Assembly: GCF_001194135.2 (NCBI RefSeq) | Contig: NC_068997.1 | Location: forward strand, 9,510,108 to 9,574,107 | DNA: 64,000 nt | Origin: Octopus bimaculoides | Lineage: Eukaryota | Direction: 5' to 3' | Part shown: one piece after another, positions 51,495 through 64,000 of the stretch | Numbering within the stretch: position 1 is the first letter of the stretch | How the letters are laid out: each line of letters starts with the position of its first letter | Made by a program: the position numbers and the translations under genes | Notes under the pieces: model-generated | What the model was told of the DNA's origin: nothing | Seen by the model: only the letters and a program-made list of their open reading frames with translations | Database searches by the model: none

Positions 51495-51575
51495 ACCCCT
51501 CTGATGACTGTCGAGATTGGTTCCCCAAAATTGCCATGTACGAAACTGATTGGTAATACAAGCTGAAATAGATCT
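51495..51575 (+). ncRNA. Third, more eroded hammerhead-like motif of the same type as 4353
   Basis: CTGATGA at 51501 and CGAAAC at 51541, followed by TGATTGGTAA as in the 4413 copy (GAAACCGATTGGTAA); helices poorly paired. Confidence 0.3.
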
Positions 51576-51759
51576 ATTAATCTGGATGGTATAAATATCA
51601 ATATTATATATAATAAGAAGACAAAAATTGAAAAATAACAGGATATATTGCATGTTTAAACATTGATCAGTGAGTGGAAAAGATGTGAATGATGACTGCA
51701 AAGTTTTGTTAATAAACAGAGATAAATTTATAAATGAATAATAACTTATACAGATATAT

Positions 51760-51840
51760 AAATAATATATGTAAATAATATATAATATATAAATAATATA
51801 TGTAAATAATATATAATATATAAATAATATATGTAAATAA
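51760..51840. repeat. 31-bp AT-rich minisatellite, about 2.6 copies
   Basis: Unit AAATAATATATGTAAATAATATATAATATAT. Confidence 0.85.
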
Positions 51841-52724
51841 TAATGTACAAATAAATAAAAACTAAATACTTTCATCATTTGTTTTAAAAAATAAAACCAA
51901 AATTACTTAGCAGTTTCTTGCGAAAAATTTGATATTCTGTCATGTTAATATTCAACATGGTATCCAATCAAAAATGTTTCGCTACACAATGGAAAACTAA
52001 AATGCTGACTGACAGAATATCTCACCCTGAACAATAAAAATAATGGAATTGCTCAAAGTGGAGGATTATATGAAAGCATTATAGATTTACCAGATTAAGG
52101 AAATAAACAACAAAAGACTCAAGAAATCTTCAAAAATATTCCAAACATTGCTAGCATTAGTATTCTTTTTACTCTATTTTTCTTTTTTTTTTCCTAACAT
52201 TGGAAAATACTTTCAGATAATATAAAGTTACCTGATGGCATTACTTTTTATTTTACTCAATATATAAGAAATACATAAATGATACTTCATGACTCTTTCC
52301 GCTATAAATTCTTCCTGCAAACCCAAAGGGTTTGATAGTCGTAGCTTTTTAGCTTTGGTTTCATGGCATTAAATAAATCTTCCTTTCAACAGGTTTCTGC
52401 TCTGATGCAGATAACATACCCAGAAAGATATCATACCTATTCAACACATCTCAATAACCAGGAAAGGATAGAAGCAGAGGCACAACTCTACTTACTAAAA
52501 CTATATTATAAAAAAGGGGGGGGGGGAAGGAAACAAAAATGAATGCGTGATAAAGTAACACATAACAAAACAATTACAGTAGATCTGAACTGATGACCTC
52601 CAAACTGGGAGTTGAGTACCATATCACTTCTTTATACAATATGTGTCATATATAAGATCATGTTTGGGCAGTGTTCGAGATGGTCACAACCAAGAAATTG
52701 GGTCAGAGAGTAAGAATAAATACT

Positions 52725-52900
52725 TGTTTCAAACTTTGGTACAAGGCTAACAATTTCAAAGGTGGGGATAAGACAATTACATTGAAATGCAAAGATAAAA
52801 GTTAAGTCTACCTCAGTGGAATTTGAACTCAAAACAGCAAGACAAACGAAGTGCCACTAAGCATTTTGCCTAGTGTAGTAACAATTCTGCCAGCTGGCAA
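52725..52900 (-). mobile_element. SINE family B
   Basis: Family B match with central deletion; flanking AAGAATAAATA duplication. Confidence 0.8.
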
Positions 52901-53131
52901 ACTCAGAATAAGAATAAATATTAGTAAAGAAACCAGGCTCTTGGAGGACAAGATTATACCATTCCTATTTCATATTTGGTAATAAAACTAAGATTTATCA
53001 TATTTATTGCAATAAATTTTTTTGATTTCATTATATATTAATGCTTTGACTATTCTTAATAATGAACAACATTGAGCAGTATATTGTAAATATTACTAAA
53101 TGGCCATAGCTGACAGCGCAACCCACAAATA

Positions 53132-53177
<46 letters not shown>

Positions 53178-53418
53178 CGTGCAAGAATCAGATTTCAAAT
53201 TGACCTAATATGAATATTTTAACCAACATCACTTTGTTTAACCATGTGCTCACACCAATCTTCCAGTAACAAATGTCTACTATGAATTGATTTATCTCCT
53301 GATACAAGAAATCACAAGAATTCTCAAAGACAACCATAGTTGTCATAGGGAATTCTAGCAAATTTACAGTAAGTGTGTGTGTGTGTGTGTGTGTTTAAAA
53401 AAAGAAAAAGTATCAATA

Positions 53419-53579
53419 GGCACTGGAGTCGCTGTGTGGTAAGTGACTTGCTTACCAACCACATGGTTCCGGGTTCAGTCCCACTGCGTGGCACCTTGGG
53501 CAAGTGTCTTCTACTATAGCTTCGGGCCGACCAAAGCCTTGTGAGTGGATTTGGTAGAGAGAAACTGAAAGAAGCCTGA

Positions 53580-53668
<89 letters not shown>

Positions 53669-53891
53669 TTGTATGTATGTATGTGTATGTTTGTGTCTGT
53701 GTTTGTCCCCCAATATTACTTGACAACTGATGCTGGTGTGTTTACATCCGTGTAACTTAGTGGTTCAGCAAAAGAGTCCAATAGAATAAGTACTAGGCTT
53801 ACAAAGAATAAGTCCTGGGGTCAATTTGCTTGATTAAAGGTGGTGCTCCAGCATGGCCACAGCCAAATGACTGAAACAAATAAAAGAATAA
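53419..53891 (+). mobile_element. SINE family A, full length
   Basis: Same head, body and tail as 3909; expanded internal (TG)n. Confidence 0.9.
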
Positions 53892-54576
53892 AGCCCAGTA
53901 AAAGAACGCTCACTCATATTTTTCTCCCCTTCAATTAAGAATCTATAATAGTTTAAACCAAACACCTAACCTCATCCAGTCATAATTAATTCTGTCTACA
54001 AGAGTCCAGCAAGTTTTTAGTTATTGCCCATTTTGAGAATCAAAGGAAAAGAGAAACAATTACATAATCCAAGGCAAAAATGGTTGGTATTAATTAATAT
54101 TTTCAACCATAATTTCTTTCTCCAGTCTATGCCCTGCACAATCGAGGACTTCTATCTTGCAAGTACTCAGCAATATCAGCACTCCTGGTGCCACAGAAAA
54201 AGCATCCAGTACAGTTTAAGTGGTTGGTATTAGGAAGGGCATCCATCTGTAGAAGCCACACCAAAACAGACATGGAATCTTGTGGAGCCCTATGGCTCAT
54301 CTGCTCTTGTCAAACCGTTCAACCCATGCCAGCATTAGAAAAAGTGATGTTAAATGATGATGAATCACAGAAACTCCTTTATATGGTACCCAAAGAACTG
54401 AATTGAAAATGCTTGTTAATCATTAAAGCTTCACTGGGCCAAGACCAAATATTTCATCCTCAGGTGATGGAACCTCCATTGGTTTTGATGATGGACATTC
54501 AGCTGTTTGATCGACTGAGTATCTGACTCAGTAAGTTAATGTGGACATGGCTGAGTATTCCACAGATATGCCTTAA

Positions 54577-54797
54577 CCCTTTAACAGAAAGATTACTCTG
54601 TCAAGTATAACACTTATTTATTCAGATTGTTTTGAATTAATCCGGCATTATCCCATAGCTTCGAGATTTCAATAACGTGGTTGTTTATTTTTAGAATGAC
54701 ATTCTAGAGTAGATATGTGAGACCAGAACTGGCCAGTTTGACCACAAAGCAGGTAAAAATATTTGGATTGGATATGGCCAGCTTAAATGCTAAAGGG
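54577..54797. mobile_element. piggyBac-type MITE
   Basis: TTAA|CCCTTTAACA ... TGCTAAAGGG|TTAA; TTAA TSD on both sides. Confidence 0.75.
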
Positions 54798-55629
54798 TTA
54801 ATGCAATTCCTAGTGTAATTTCTTGACAATGTATAAGTGGCTGAGTATTCCACTAACATCTTAATGTAATCGCTATACCTAATCAGTGTGACAATACATG
54901 ACTAAGCTGAACTCTGAATTATAAGTATAATCTAATGGGATTCCACAGAGTTTCCATCAACCTAATTTCACTCACAAAGCTTAGAGCAAGCTGCAGCTTT
55001 ATAAAATTCATAAAAATATAATAAAATACTCTGAGATCTCACAACAGAAAAGCAAACATCCAAATCACTCAGTTATGCTTGCATCCACAGGTAATATGGC
55101 ATGAAAATGAGTGAAGCAGAGCTCTAAGGGAACTCTGCTTCTAGTTAGTTCACTAAAGAACTAACTATAAGCAGAGAAATCAGAGGTACAAGAAATAGGT
55201 GAAAGTAATGGCTACACAGAATCAAACTCACAAAACAAGGTTGGAGCTGGAAAGAGATAAAACAGTGGTGAAGGGGTATCAGAGACCCTCGGGTAGATAT
55301 GGGATATATATATACCACATCTATGTATGTGAGGGCACATGGCCTAGTGATTAGGGAGTTGCAATCATGATCGCAAGATCATGGTTTAAATTCCTAGACT
55401 GGGTTCTTGAGCAAAACACTTCATTTCATGTTACTCTGAAATCATTTCAACATTTGATGCATGGTATACCTTGCTCCTGTTCAGATTTGATGGAGGGAGT
55501 GAGTTAATGTACAAAACATACATTTGATCACTATAAACAAGACATTTATGTAGGTTGTTTGGCAAAAGCTGAATGCTCGTCCGTTGTCGTTGGTGGGAGA
55601 GTCCATCACCTAGCTATTGGACGATATAG

Positions 55630-55880
55630 TAAAAGCACCCATGCAATGCCATATAAAAGCGTCTATGTGGTGCCACGTAGAAACATCAAGCACACTCTGT
55701 AAAGCGGTTAGTGTTAGGAAGGGCATCCAGCCATAGAAAACCAAATCAGACTGAAGCCTGGTGCAGCTTGCCTGCTCTGATTACACCATTACACCATCCA
55801 ACCCATGCCAGCATGGTCAAGCCATCCAACCCATGCCAGCATGGACAACAGACATTAAATGATGATGATTATGATGATGA
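55630..55880 (+). mobile_element. Family C copy with a short tandem duplication
   Basis: CCATCCAACCCATGCCAGCATGG repeated twice at about 55793-55843. Confidence 0.8.
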
Positions 55881-58260
55881 ATGGGTGGGTTACCAACAAT
55901 TTCTGTCAACCAATTTCACTCACAAAGCACTGGTCTGTTTGGAACCATAGGAGAAGACACTTGTCAGAAATATCACACAGCAGGACTGAAGCAGAAACCA
56001 TGTGGCTACAGAGCAAACGCAAGCAAAGGCTACTCTTACAGCCTGAATTGACCAAAGCGCATCGTTGATGCAGAAAATTACAAGGCAAAGTCAATCCTCT
56101 CAAGATTCCAACATGGAGTTAAGAAGTGTGAAGTGCTAAGTTTCCCCACTCTAGTCTTGCAGCTATATAAACCAAAAAAATGTTTGTGTATTCATCTTCT
56201 CATCTAGTAATTTATCATTTAAAAAAATTTTTTTGTTTTTAACTATAAAAATCAATTTTTGATTATTTTNNNNNNNNNNNNNNNNNNNNNNNNNNNNNNN
56301 NNNNNNNNNNNNNNNNNNNNNNNNNNNNNNNNNNNNNNNNNNNNNNNNNNNNNNNNNNNNNNNNNNNNNNNNNNNNNNNNNNNNNNNNNNNNNNNNNNNN
56401 NNNNNNNNNNNNNNNNNNNNNNNNNNNNNNNNNNNNNNNNNNNNNNNNNNNNNNNNNNNNNNNNNNNTGTGGTGGTGGTGGTGGTGTACAGAAATAAGCA
56501 CAATGGCAATACTAAATAAAAAAAAATAAAAAAAAGGTAAAAATATAATTTCACAAACCACTGTCACAAGACCCAACAGGATTGCTGGGAGAGGAACTGA
56601 AGATTGCAAAGTAAAAAAAAAAAAAACTTATTATTTTGTATTAACTTTCCTCATTGCTAAGAAACAAAAACTTTGCACCAAAGTGAAACGAAAAATAAGA
56701 AGAAGGAAAAAAAGAAAGTGAAACACCACAACTACAATATTTTAAACACTGTAGAACCAAAAATAATGCATAACCAAGAGACAGTGTTTATCAGATTATT
56801 GCAAGTTTTGCTAACATTATATACGTATATATAAAAAAAATAGAAAGAAAACATAACTATCTATTGTATGCATGGTCTATATGTTGTAAGTGAAACTACT
56901 ACACAAGATTTGTAGACAATACAAATTACATTATAAATATAGTAAGCCAAATATCCCTGAAAGTACACAGATTTACCGATTGCATTACCGAATGTGTTTA
57001 TAAGAGAGAAAAATAGGAAGGCAACAGTTACATGTGTAGGAATTAGGTTTAGAAATCATGTTTTCGGTTAGAATACGAAAAAAGATACAGCAACAAACTT
57101 GTGATAATAGTTTTATTGTTAACGTATAATTTTATCTGAACGATGATGGTGTAGTTGGCGGGCAAGTAATATCAAGCTATGAAACATGGAATATTTGCAT
57201 GTGTGTGTTTACTTTAGACACATAGATACATACACAGTTATATGTGTACCTAAGCATATGCGTGCACGCTTGCACACATACATATATATTCATTTATCAA
57301 CTCGAGCATATATCAATTTATATATCATTTTTCAGAATACATTAAGAAATGCATTCTAAGGCAAGAGACTACAACAGTGCTCAATAAACTAATATTAATG
57401 TTTCGAGAATATATGATGTAGATAAACTAAATAAAAGGATCAGTTTGAAGCAATATATATATACATATATATATATACACACATATACATACACACACAC
57501 ACACACATATATATATGCACATGAGGTGATATTTTTTTTTTAAACATTTATCACTCTCCTTATGAAGCAAGATGGTACTTGACACTTACCTAAGGAAGGG
57601 TATTTTATCCTCCTTCAGATAGCAATGAAAAGATGATTTAGTTAAGCGATTTAGGACAATATGTTAAAGAATGGTGCAATCAAGAAAGAACTGGAAGCAC
57701 ATTGTGACCAGCAATGTATAACAACATCTGACAGCCTGGTCAACACAGTGATATATATACTTTTATATATTTATTATCTTACTGGGACACATTATGATTT
57801 TGCAAACAAGCTGACAATGAAAACAGAGCCACAAGCTGTAATCTGTTATCAGTCAGAATTTAAATAAAGGTCAACCTAAATGTTTCTGGGTTAAATATAC
57901 TTGCAATAATAAAATTACAAGACATCATAATTCTGTGAAACCTCATAGAAATTCAGTCTTCAACACTAAGGCTCTAAACATTATTTTTTTTTTTTTTGAG
58001 CACTTTCAGAGATTCCTGCTTCAAGATGCATTTCTTGATGCACTTTGAGAGAAAACGATACAGTGGAAACTCTAAACAGAGCTGTGACTCTGTTTAGTGA
58101 ACACTCTGCAATGTAGTATCACTGTTATTTGAGAAAGATCTGAATTTCTCTGAAGAATCATGGAACCTTTAATATATTCTTACTTTGGTGTCAAGAGTAT
58201 ATTTAACTCAGAAAAATTCAGACTGATTCTCATATCAGAATGCAAGAGTTCTGAAATATA

Positions 58261-58651
58261 TTCTTTTATTCATTTACTTGTTTCAGTCATTTGACTGCGG
58301 TCATGCTGGAGCATTGCCTTTAGTCGAACAAATTGAATCCAAGACTTAACCCTTGTAAGCCTAGTTCTCATTCTGTCAGTCTCTTTTGCCGAACTGCAAA
58401 GTTATGGCGATGTAAACACACCAACATCACTTGTCGAGTGATGGTGGGTGGTGGACAAACACAGACACACTAACACACACACACACACATATATACGACA
58501 GGCTTCTTTCAGTTTCCATCTACCAAATCCACTCACAAGGCTTTAGTTGGCCTGAGGCTATATTAGGAGACACTTGCTCAAGGTGCCATGCAGTGGGACT
58601 GAACCCAGAACCATGTGGTTGGGAAGCAAGCTTCTTACCACACAGCCACTG
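58261..58651 (-). mobile_element. SINE family A, full length
   Basis: Reverse complement of the 3909/53419 consensus. Confidence 0.9.
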
Positions 58652-59304
58652 TATTGAAATATACTTTACGTAATAAAAACATTATCTGATATGCAAGTTA
58701 ATATGTGGAGAAGAATGGATAGATTTGTTTATTACATCTAAAGTTTCAGAAAAAATTTAACATTCATACACATTCACCCCCCCCACACACACACACACAT
58801 ACAGACCAATCATCATCATGATCATCATCATGATTAAATGTCCATGTTCAATGTTGGCAAGAGTTGGATAGTTTTGACACAATCCAACAGTTCCAACGAT
58901 TGCATTGTGTCCCAATGTCTGCTTTGGTATGGTTTCTATGACTGAATGTCCTTTCTAACGCCAATCCCTTTACAGAATGTACTGGGTGCCTTTTTCTTTC
59001 CTGGCACCAGCACTAGTGAGGTTGCCATGCAGCTTGCAAGACTAAGATCTCCTTTGACTGAGTGAGACTACAGTAGAGAGGGAGGTGGCTTTATGTAAGG
59101 AGATAAGGCATCAAAGTGTAGCCTTCTTGCAAACAACACTCACCTATTTCCAGGCAAGGTAATATTTCTCCACGACCAGACATGTTTTCACAGAAGATTG
59201 GAAATGAAGGACACCACATTGCATGCTAGTGACACTAGTTTACAACTATCATGTGATGCCAAGGCAAGGAGACAGTAACACATATATATATGCACACATA
59301 CATA

Positions 59305-59645
59305 GGGCACATGCCTCAGTGGTTAGAGCATCAGGCTCACGATCATGTGGTAGTGAGTTTGATTCCTGGACTGGGCTGTGTGTTGTGATCTTGAGCAAGA
59401 CACTTTATTTCACGTTGTTTCAGTTCACTTAGCTGTAGAAATGATTTGCGACATCACTGGTGCCAAGTTGTATCGGCTCCTTTGCCTTTCCCTTGGGTAA
59501 CATCAGTGGCATGGAGAGGGGAACCTGGTATGCATGGGCAACTGCTGGTCTTCCACAAACATCCTTGCCTGGATTTGTGCCTCAAAGGGGAACTTTCTAG
59601 AAGCAATCCTATGGTCATTCATACCGAAGGAGGTCTTTACCCTTT
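59305..59645 (+). mobile_element. tRNA-derived SINE family D; reverse copy at about 18410-18750
   Basis: A box GCCTCAGTGGTTAGAG, B box GAGTTTGATTCC, TTGAGCAAGACACTTTATTTCAC body. Confidence 0.8.
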
Positions 59646-61189
59646 ACGTATGTACAATAGGCTTCCTTTAGCTCCATCTACCAAATCCATTCTCAAGGCT
59701 ATGGTTGGCATGGGGCTTAGAGTAGAAGACACTTGTACAAAGTGCCACACAGTGGGACTGAACTTGAAACCAAGTTGTTGGGAAGCAAACTTCTTACCAC
59801 ACACACACACACACACAATGCATAAAGTTTTGTAGAACTGCTTTTCAGAATCTGCATTTGGTAATGTATTTTACAGCAAAATCTGTTAAAGTCAGATTGC
59901 ATTCATTGCATATTACATCGCTGGTTTGCCAGTTAGCTGCAAGCAAACATTCACAAATTTCAATTGTAAAAAAAAAAACATTTTTTGTTTACATTTTCTA
60001 ATAAATTTGCTTTTAAAAATATGTGAGAGAAAAACATTAACTTTCTCCAGAAAAAATGATAATTTTCATATGGTTTGTATAAATTTTGAAAAAAAAAAAA
60101 AAACAGCAAACAGCAATGCATTTCTCAACAAGTTATATGTGCATAGGCTTACGCACACACACACAAACACACATGCCTAAAATGATGTGAGCTTCTGCTT
60201 CTATATAGCTAAGAGAACTCAAATGAAAGTATTAATTGAGAGTTAGCTGGTTAGTTTGGTCATTTGGCAAGCTTGGATACTGGTCATCAGTATTGTTGCC
60301 AGTTGCATGACAGCACTGACTGAGCAGGCAGACCTATGGTCAAAGGTATTCCAACCTGTCCAATGTAACCTTCTTTCTCGAGGGAGATGTGGCTGCTAAT
60401 TTCTAGCAGGTCAAGCAACCCAGAACAGACTGGTTCATTGGCTGGATTTTATAAGAGAAGGGTAGCTGTGACTTGGTTATTATTACATCACAAACATAAA
60501 TTCAGGTTGAAGCCATGGTTCATGGTACACACACAATTTCTTTCCCTAAAAATATAATTTTCAACATCTTTAGTAAAGATACATTTGAACAGCGTTAATC
60601 CCTCTACAAATCTTATCTATGACCAAAGGTGTTCCAGTTATGACCACCTTATCTGTTGCCCTGACATTGCATACCTAAGACTACATTATACAAATGAGTC
60701 AGTACCTCTTTGAAAAAAAGTTAATCTTAAGGGATATTTGGGTGCTATTTTTAGCAAATTGAAAGCCCATACAAAGTCTCCTTCAAATCTGATCACAGCT
60801 TATCTCTTCCAGAGAGAGAAAGAGAGAAATTATCAAGTGTAGTAATTGACTGGTACTTTATTTATCGACCTCCCCCCACACCCCCAAAGAACAAGCAATA
60901 AAGTTGACCTCATCTGTAAACATCTTTATAAAATTATCCACAGATGAAAAAATTATTGATGTAATCCAAAAAGTTAATCCCAACATGGAATTCAACTTAG
61001 TAATAAAGAAAGGCAAATAGATGCAGATATTTCAGATGAACTCAATGTTGTGATTGATTTTTCTAAGAGTTTGGGAATCAGCATTCTCTATTAACAATGA
61101 CTTATCACTAAAATTCTATGATGGTGCAATTTTTATATTGCTAAGAAAGTTGATTTGAAGCCAAAAAAAGAAGAAAAAAAGAAAAAAGT

Positions 61190-61380
61190 TCCAGAGATCA
61201 TTATTGTTGAAGAATTGTTCAATTGCACAGACAGTTTTGTGATGAGAGTTTTTGTGATGAGAGTTTTTCATTCTGTACATTACATTAATGTAAGAACTGC
61301 AAAGACAGAAACAGTTTTAACCTAAAATTGTGAATGTTGCAACATTACAAGACAAGCAATTACATTCTTTATAAACAAAA
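61190..61380 (+). mobile_element. Possible highly degenerate Ginger2/KRBA2-type integrase remnant
   Basis: Short peptides PEIIIVEELFNC and CNITRQAITFFIN resemble EELFDIL...YxNITRE.I..YL; otherwise disrupted. Confidence 0.2.
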
Positions 61381-62569
61381 ATTTCTAAGTAAACGTATAT
61401 TATCTAAGAACAGCACTTGGTGAAGCAGTAAAAATGCTAAACTTTATAAAACCTTCAACACTTCAATCAGACAGCTTTCTATTTTGTGCAAAAATGACAA
61501 TGCTCAAGGCTTTTCTTTACACGTGTACACATTAAGTTCTTCTCTAAACATAAATGAAATAGTTTTACAGAGTTAAATTACTTGTGAAACTGTTTTAGTT
61601 TCATAACAAAGTATTACAGTTCTTTAAATCCAGCAATTCAAAACAGAAACTCAAACCATTCAAAGACAATGAGACCAGCATATCTTTATATATTACCAAA
61701 TTAAATGAAGTTAATCAGAGATTATAACAAAATGTTGTAATTTTAAAAAAAATAAATAAAATTCCATTATCAAGAAATATATTCTAAATTCTTCATCTAA
61801 TTCTATAAAGAAGAAAACTACATTTGACAGCTTTCCAATTTTGTACAAAATAAAACAAGTAAACAAAGTCCATAAAAAAAAAATAGTTAGCTGTGCTGTT
61901 TTATAACACTCAAATGACTCGCACTCATCTTTATCAGAATATTTTCAGAAAAAAAAAACTTAAAGAACCAAAATGCATTCATGCTTATAACTAGGTTTTG
62001 TGGTTTCATTGCAAAAGACTATTACAAACTGCTTTCTTTTCTGGTTGATGTTAAACAGAAAAATAAAGAATGTTTACTTAAAGCTGTTTAGTTCAGCTCT
62101 AACTAAATAGATCTATGGTCAAAAACATTCCAGTTATGACCACCTTGTCTGTCACTCTGGCATTGCATACCTAAGACTACATCATACAGTGGGTTTGACC
62201 TCTTTTTCAAAGAAGTATACTGTCTTATGGGATATTTGCTTGCTATTTTTAAGCAGATTGATACCCCGTACAAAGGCTCCTTCATTGGCCCAATTAAGCA
62301 ATTGTTTTTGAAGAAGACATTATTGATGTTTGACTCTGGATCACTCCTCACTGAGGAACCGGATGATCGAAAATGTTTCAGCTATGACCAACCTCTTATT
62401 TTCTAACTTCTTTTCCAGGATTAAGTACATTTAGGTTTAGTTATCCAATGGGTCCTTACATTTTTAGGATAGAAGAATGTAATTTAAGGAAAATGCAGAG
62501 AAGGTTCCTTTGTTTTCTAGAAGTATCTTGAAAGCAGGATATCCTTATATCATTCAATATGTTTGTACA

Positions 62570-62768
62570 AGGCAGAATCATTAGCACGCCGGGTGAAATG
62601 CTTAGTGGTATTTCCTCTGTCTTTATGTTCTGAGTTCAAATTCTGCCGAGGTCGACTTTGCCTTTCATCCTTTTGGGGTTGATAAATCAAGTACCAGTTG
62701 CATACTGAGGTCGATCTAATTGATTGGCCCCCTCCCCAAATATTTCGGACCTTGTGCCTAGAGTAGAA
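62570..62768 (+). mobile_element. SINE family B
   Basis: Family B match; imperfect TSD AATATGTTTGTACAAG/AATATGTTCATACAAG. Confidence 0.85.
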
Positions 62769-63545
62769 AAGAATATGTTCATACAAGTGGTACTTCTATC
62801 TCAAATACTCACGAGATACCAGGTTTTTATGTTTAGCACCACAACCAAAACAATATTCAGAAATAGATTAAATATTAAATGCAAGAGTTGATATGNNNNN
62901 NNNNNTTAAATGAATTTGTTATTTGAAAATAGAGAATCTCAAATCTCATTAAAACCTAAATCTTTAACTAAGAAATACTTCTGAGAGATGAAAAATTCTT
63001 TTCTATAAGCTTTCTGTATATTAATTTATAAATCAAATCTTAATATATAAATTGATTTTAAAATTTAGGTCAGTTGAAACAGCTGGCACTTTCACTATTT
63101 GTTTGTCCCTCAAAGCTTAGCAAAGAAATAAAAGATGAAAATAATAGCATGTGATCTACCGAACAGGTCCTAACAGCTAAATAAAGGCTTAAAATGGAAT
63201 CAATGCAGTTTTATTACTAAACATATGGCACAAATCAAATACTTTAGTAAAACAAAGTTTTCATTCGATTGCTTGTTTTCCTCCACTGCTTTTGCCATAA
63301 GTTAGATTACTATATTATTGAAGAAGTATTATTTTACAGCAGGAAGCCTTCTTGTTACTGACCACAATCTATTTTTCATGTAAAGGACTGCTTATTTCAC
63401 ACATCTTCATAGGCACAAAACCAGCAGAAGATGTGCTAACAAGGAAAATGACAACAATGTTGCTGCTTGTAGCTCAGCACAAATGTGAACAAACACATAC
63501 ATACCATACATACATACATATACATACATACATACATACATACAT

Positions 63546-63927
63546 ATTCTTTTATTCTCTTACTTATTTCAGTCATTTGACTGCAGCCATGCTGGAGCAC
63601 TGCCTTTAGTCGAACTAATCGACCCCAGGACTCATTCTTTGTAAGCCTAGTACTTACTCTATCAATCTCTTTTGCCAAACCGCTAAGTTATGGGGATGTA
63701 AACGCCAACATCAGTTATCAAGCGATGGTGGGGGAAACAAACACAGACACACAAACATATACACATACACACACATATATATGACGGGCTTCTTTCAGTT
63801 TCTATCTACCAAATCCACTCACAAGGCTTTGGTCAACCTGAGGCTATAGTAGAAGGTGCCACACAGTGGGACTGAACCTGGAAACATGTGGTTGGGAAGC
63901 AAGCTTCTTACCACACAGCCAGTCCTG
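63546..63927 (-). mobile_element. SINE family A, full length
   Basis: Reverse complement of the family A consensus. Confidence 0.9.
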
Positions 63928-64000
63928 TGTATGTATATATATATATATATATATATAACCACCTGGCCATGTGCCTCTACATTGGCTTCTTTACGTTCTC

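Noticed and set aside
57590-57612. 23-nt minus-strand exon-like segment (TAG|GTAAGT donor)
   Set aside because: Weak acceptor and no independent support.

Overview
AT-rich eukaryotic (animal) genomic DNA from a gapped draft assembly, with many N runs and dense (TA)n/(CA)n/(GA)n/(ATC)n/(GGT)n microsatellites. The tRNA-headed SINE families look like those of octopus/cephalopods (inference from recognition, no database search). Only one well-supported coding exon is present. It is a large minus-strand exon (acceptor at 16307-16308, donor at 14840-14841) carrying an apparent start ATG at 16022. It encodes about 375 aa of low-complexity N-terminus followed by the first half of an MBD5/MBD6-type methyl-CpG-binding-like domain (PLGWKRVIEEGVIIYY|S), which is cut by a phase-2 intron. 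I could not find the next MBD exon (expected SPSG...CKCGLECP-like) in 1-14840. The rest of the window is most simply intron or 5' non-coding region of this gene, filled with dozens of SINE copies from several families, RTE and RLE-type LINE fragments, a DD37D maT/Tc1 deletion derivative, and piggyBac-, hAT- and Tigger-like MITEs. The most interesting extras are three Penelope-type hammerhead-ribozyme-like motifs, a uORF-dense 5' leader with two start-stop elements, back-to-back sense and antisense candidate cassette exons near 6.9 kb, and a head-to-head SINE pair with overlapping TSDs that could form a long dsRNA hairpin. Almost all other ORFs in the supplied track are artefacts of simple repeats or N runs. 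No evidence for rRNA, true tRNA genes, CRISPR or a novel multi-gene system.
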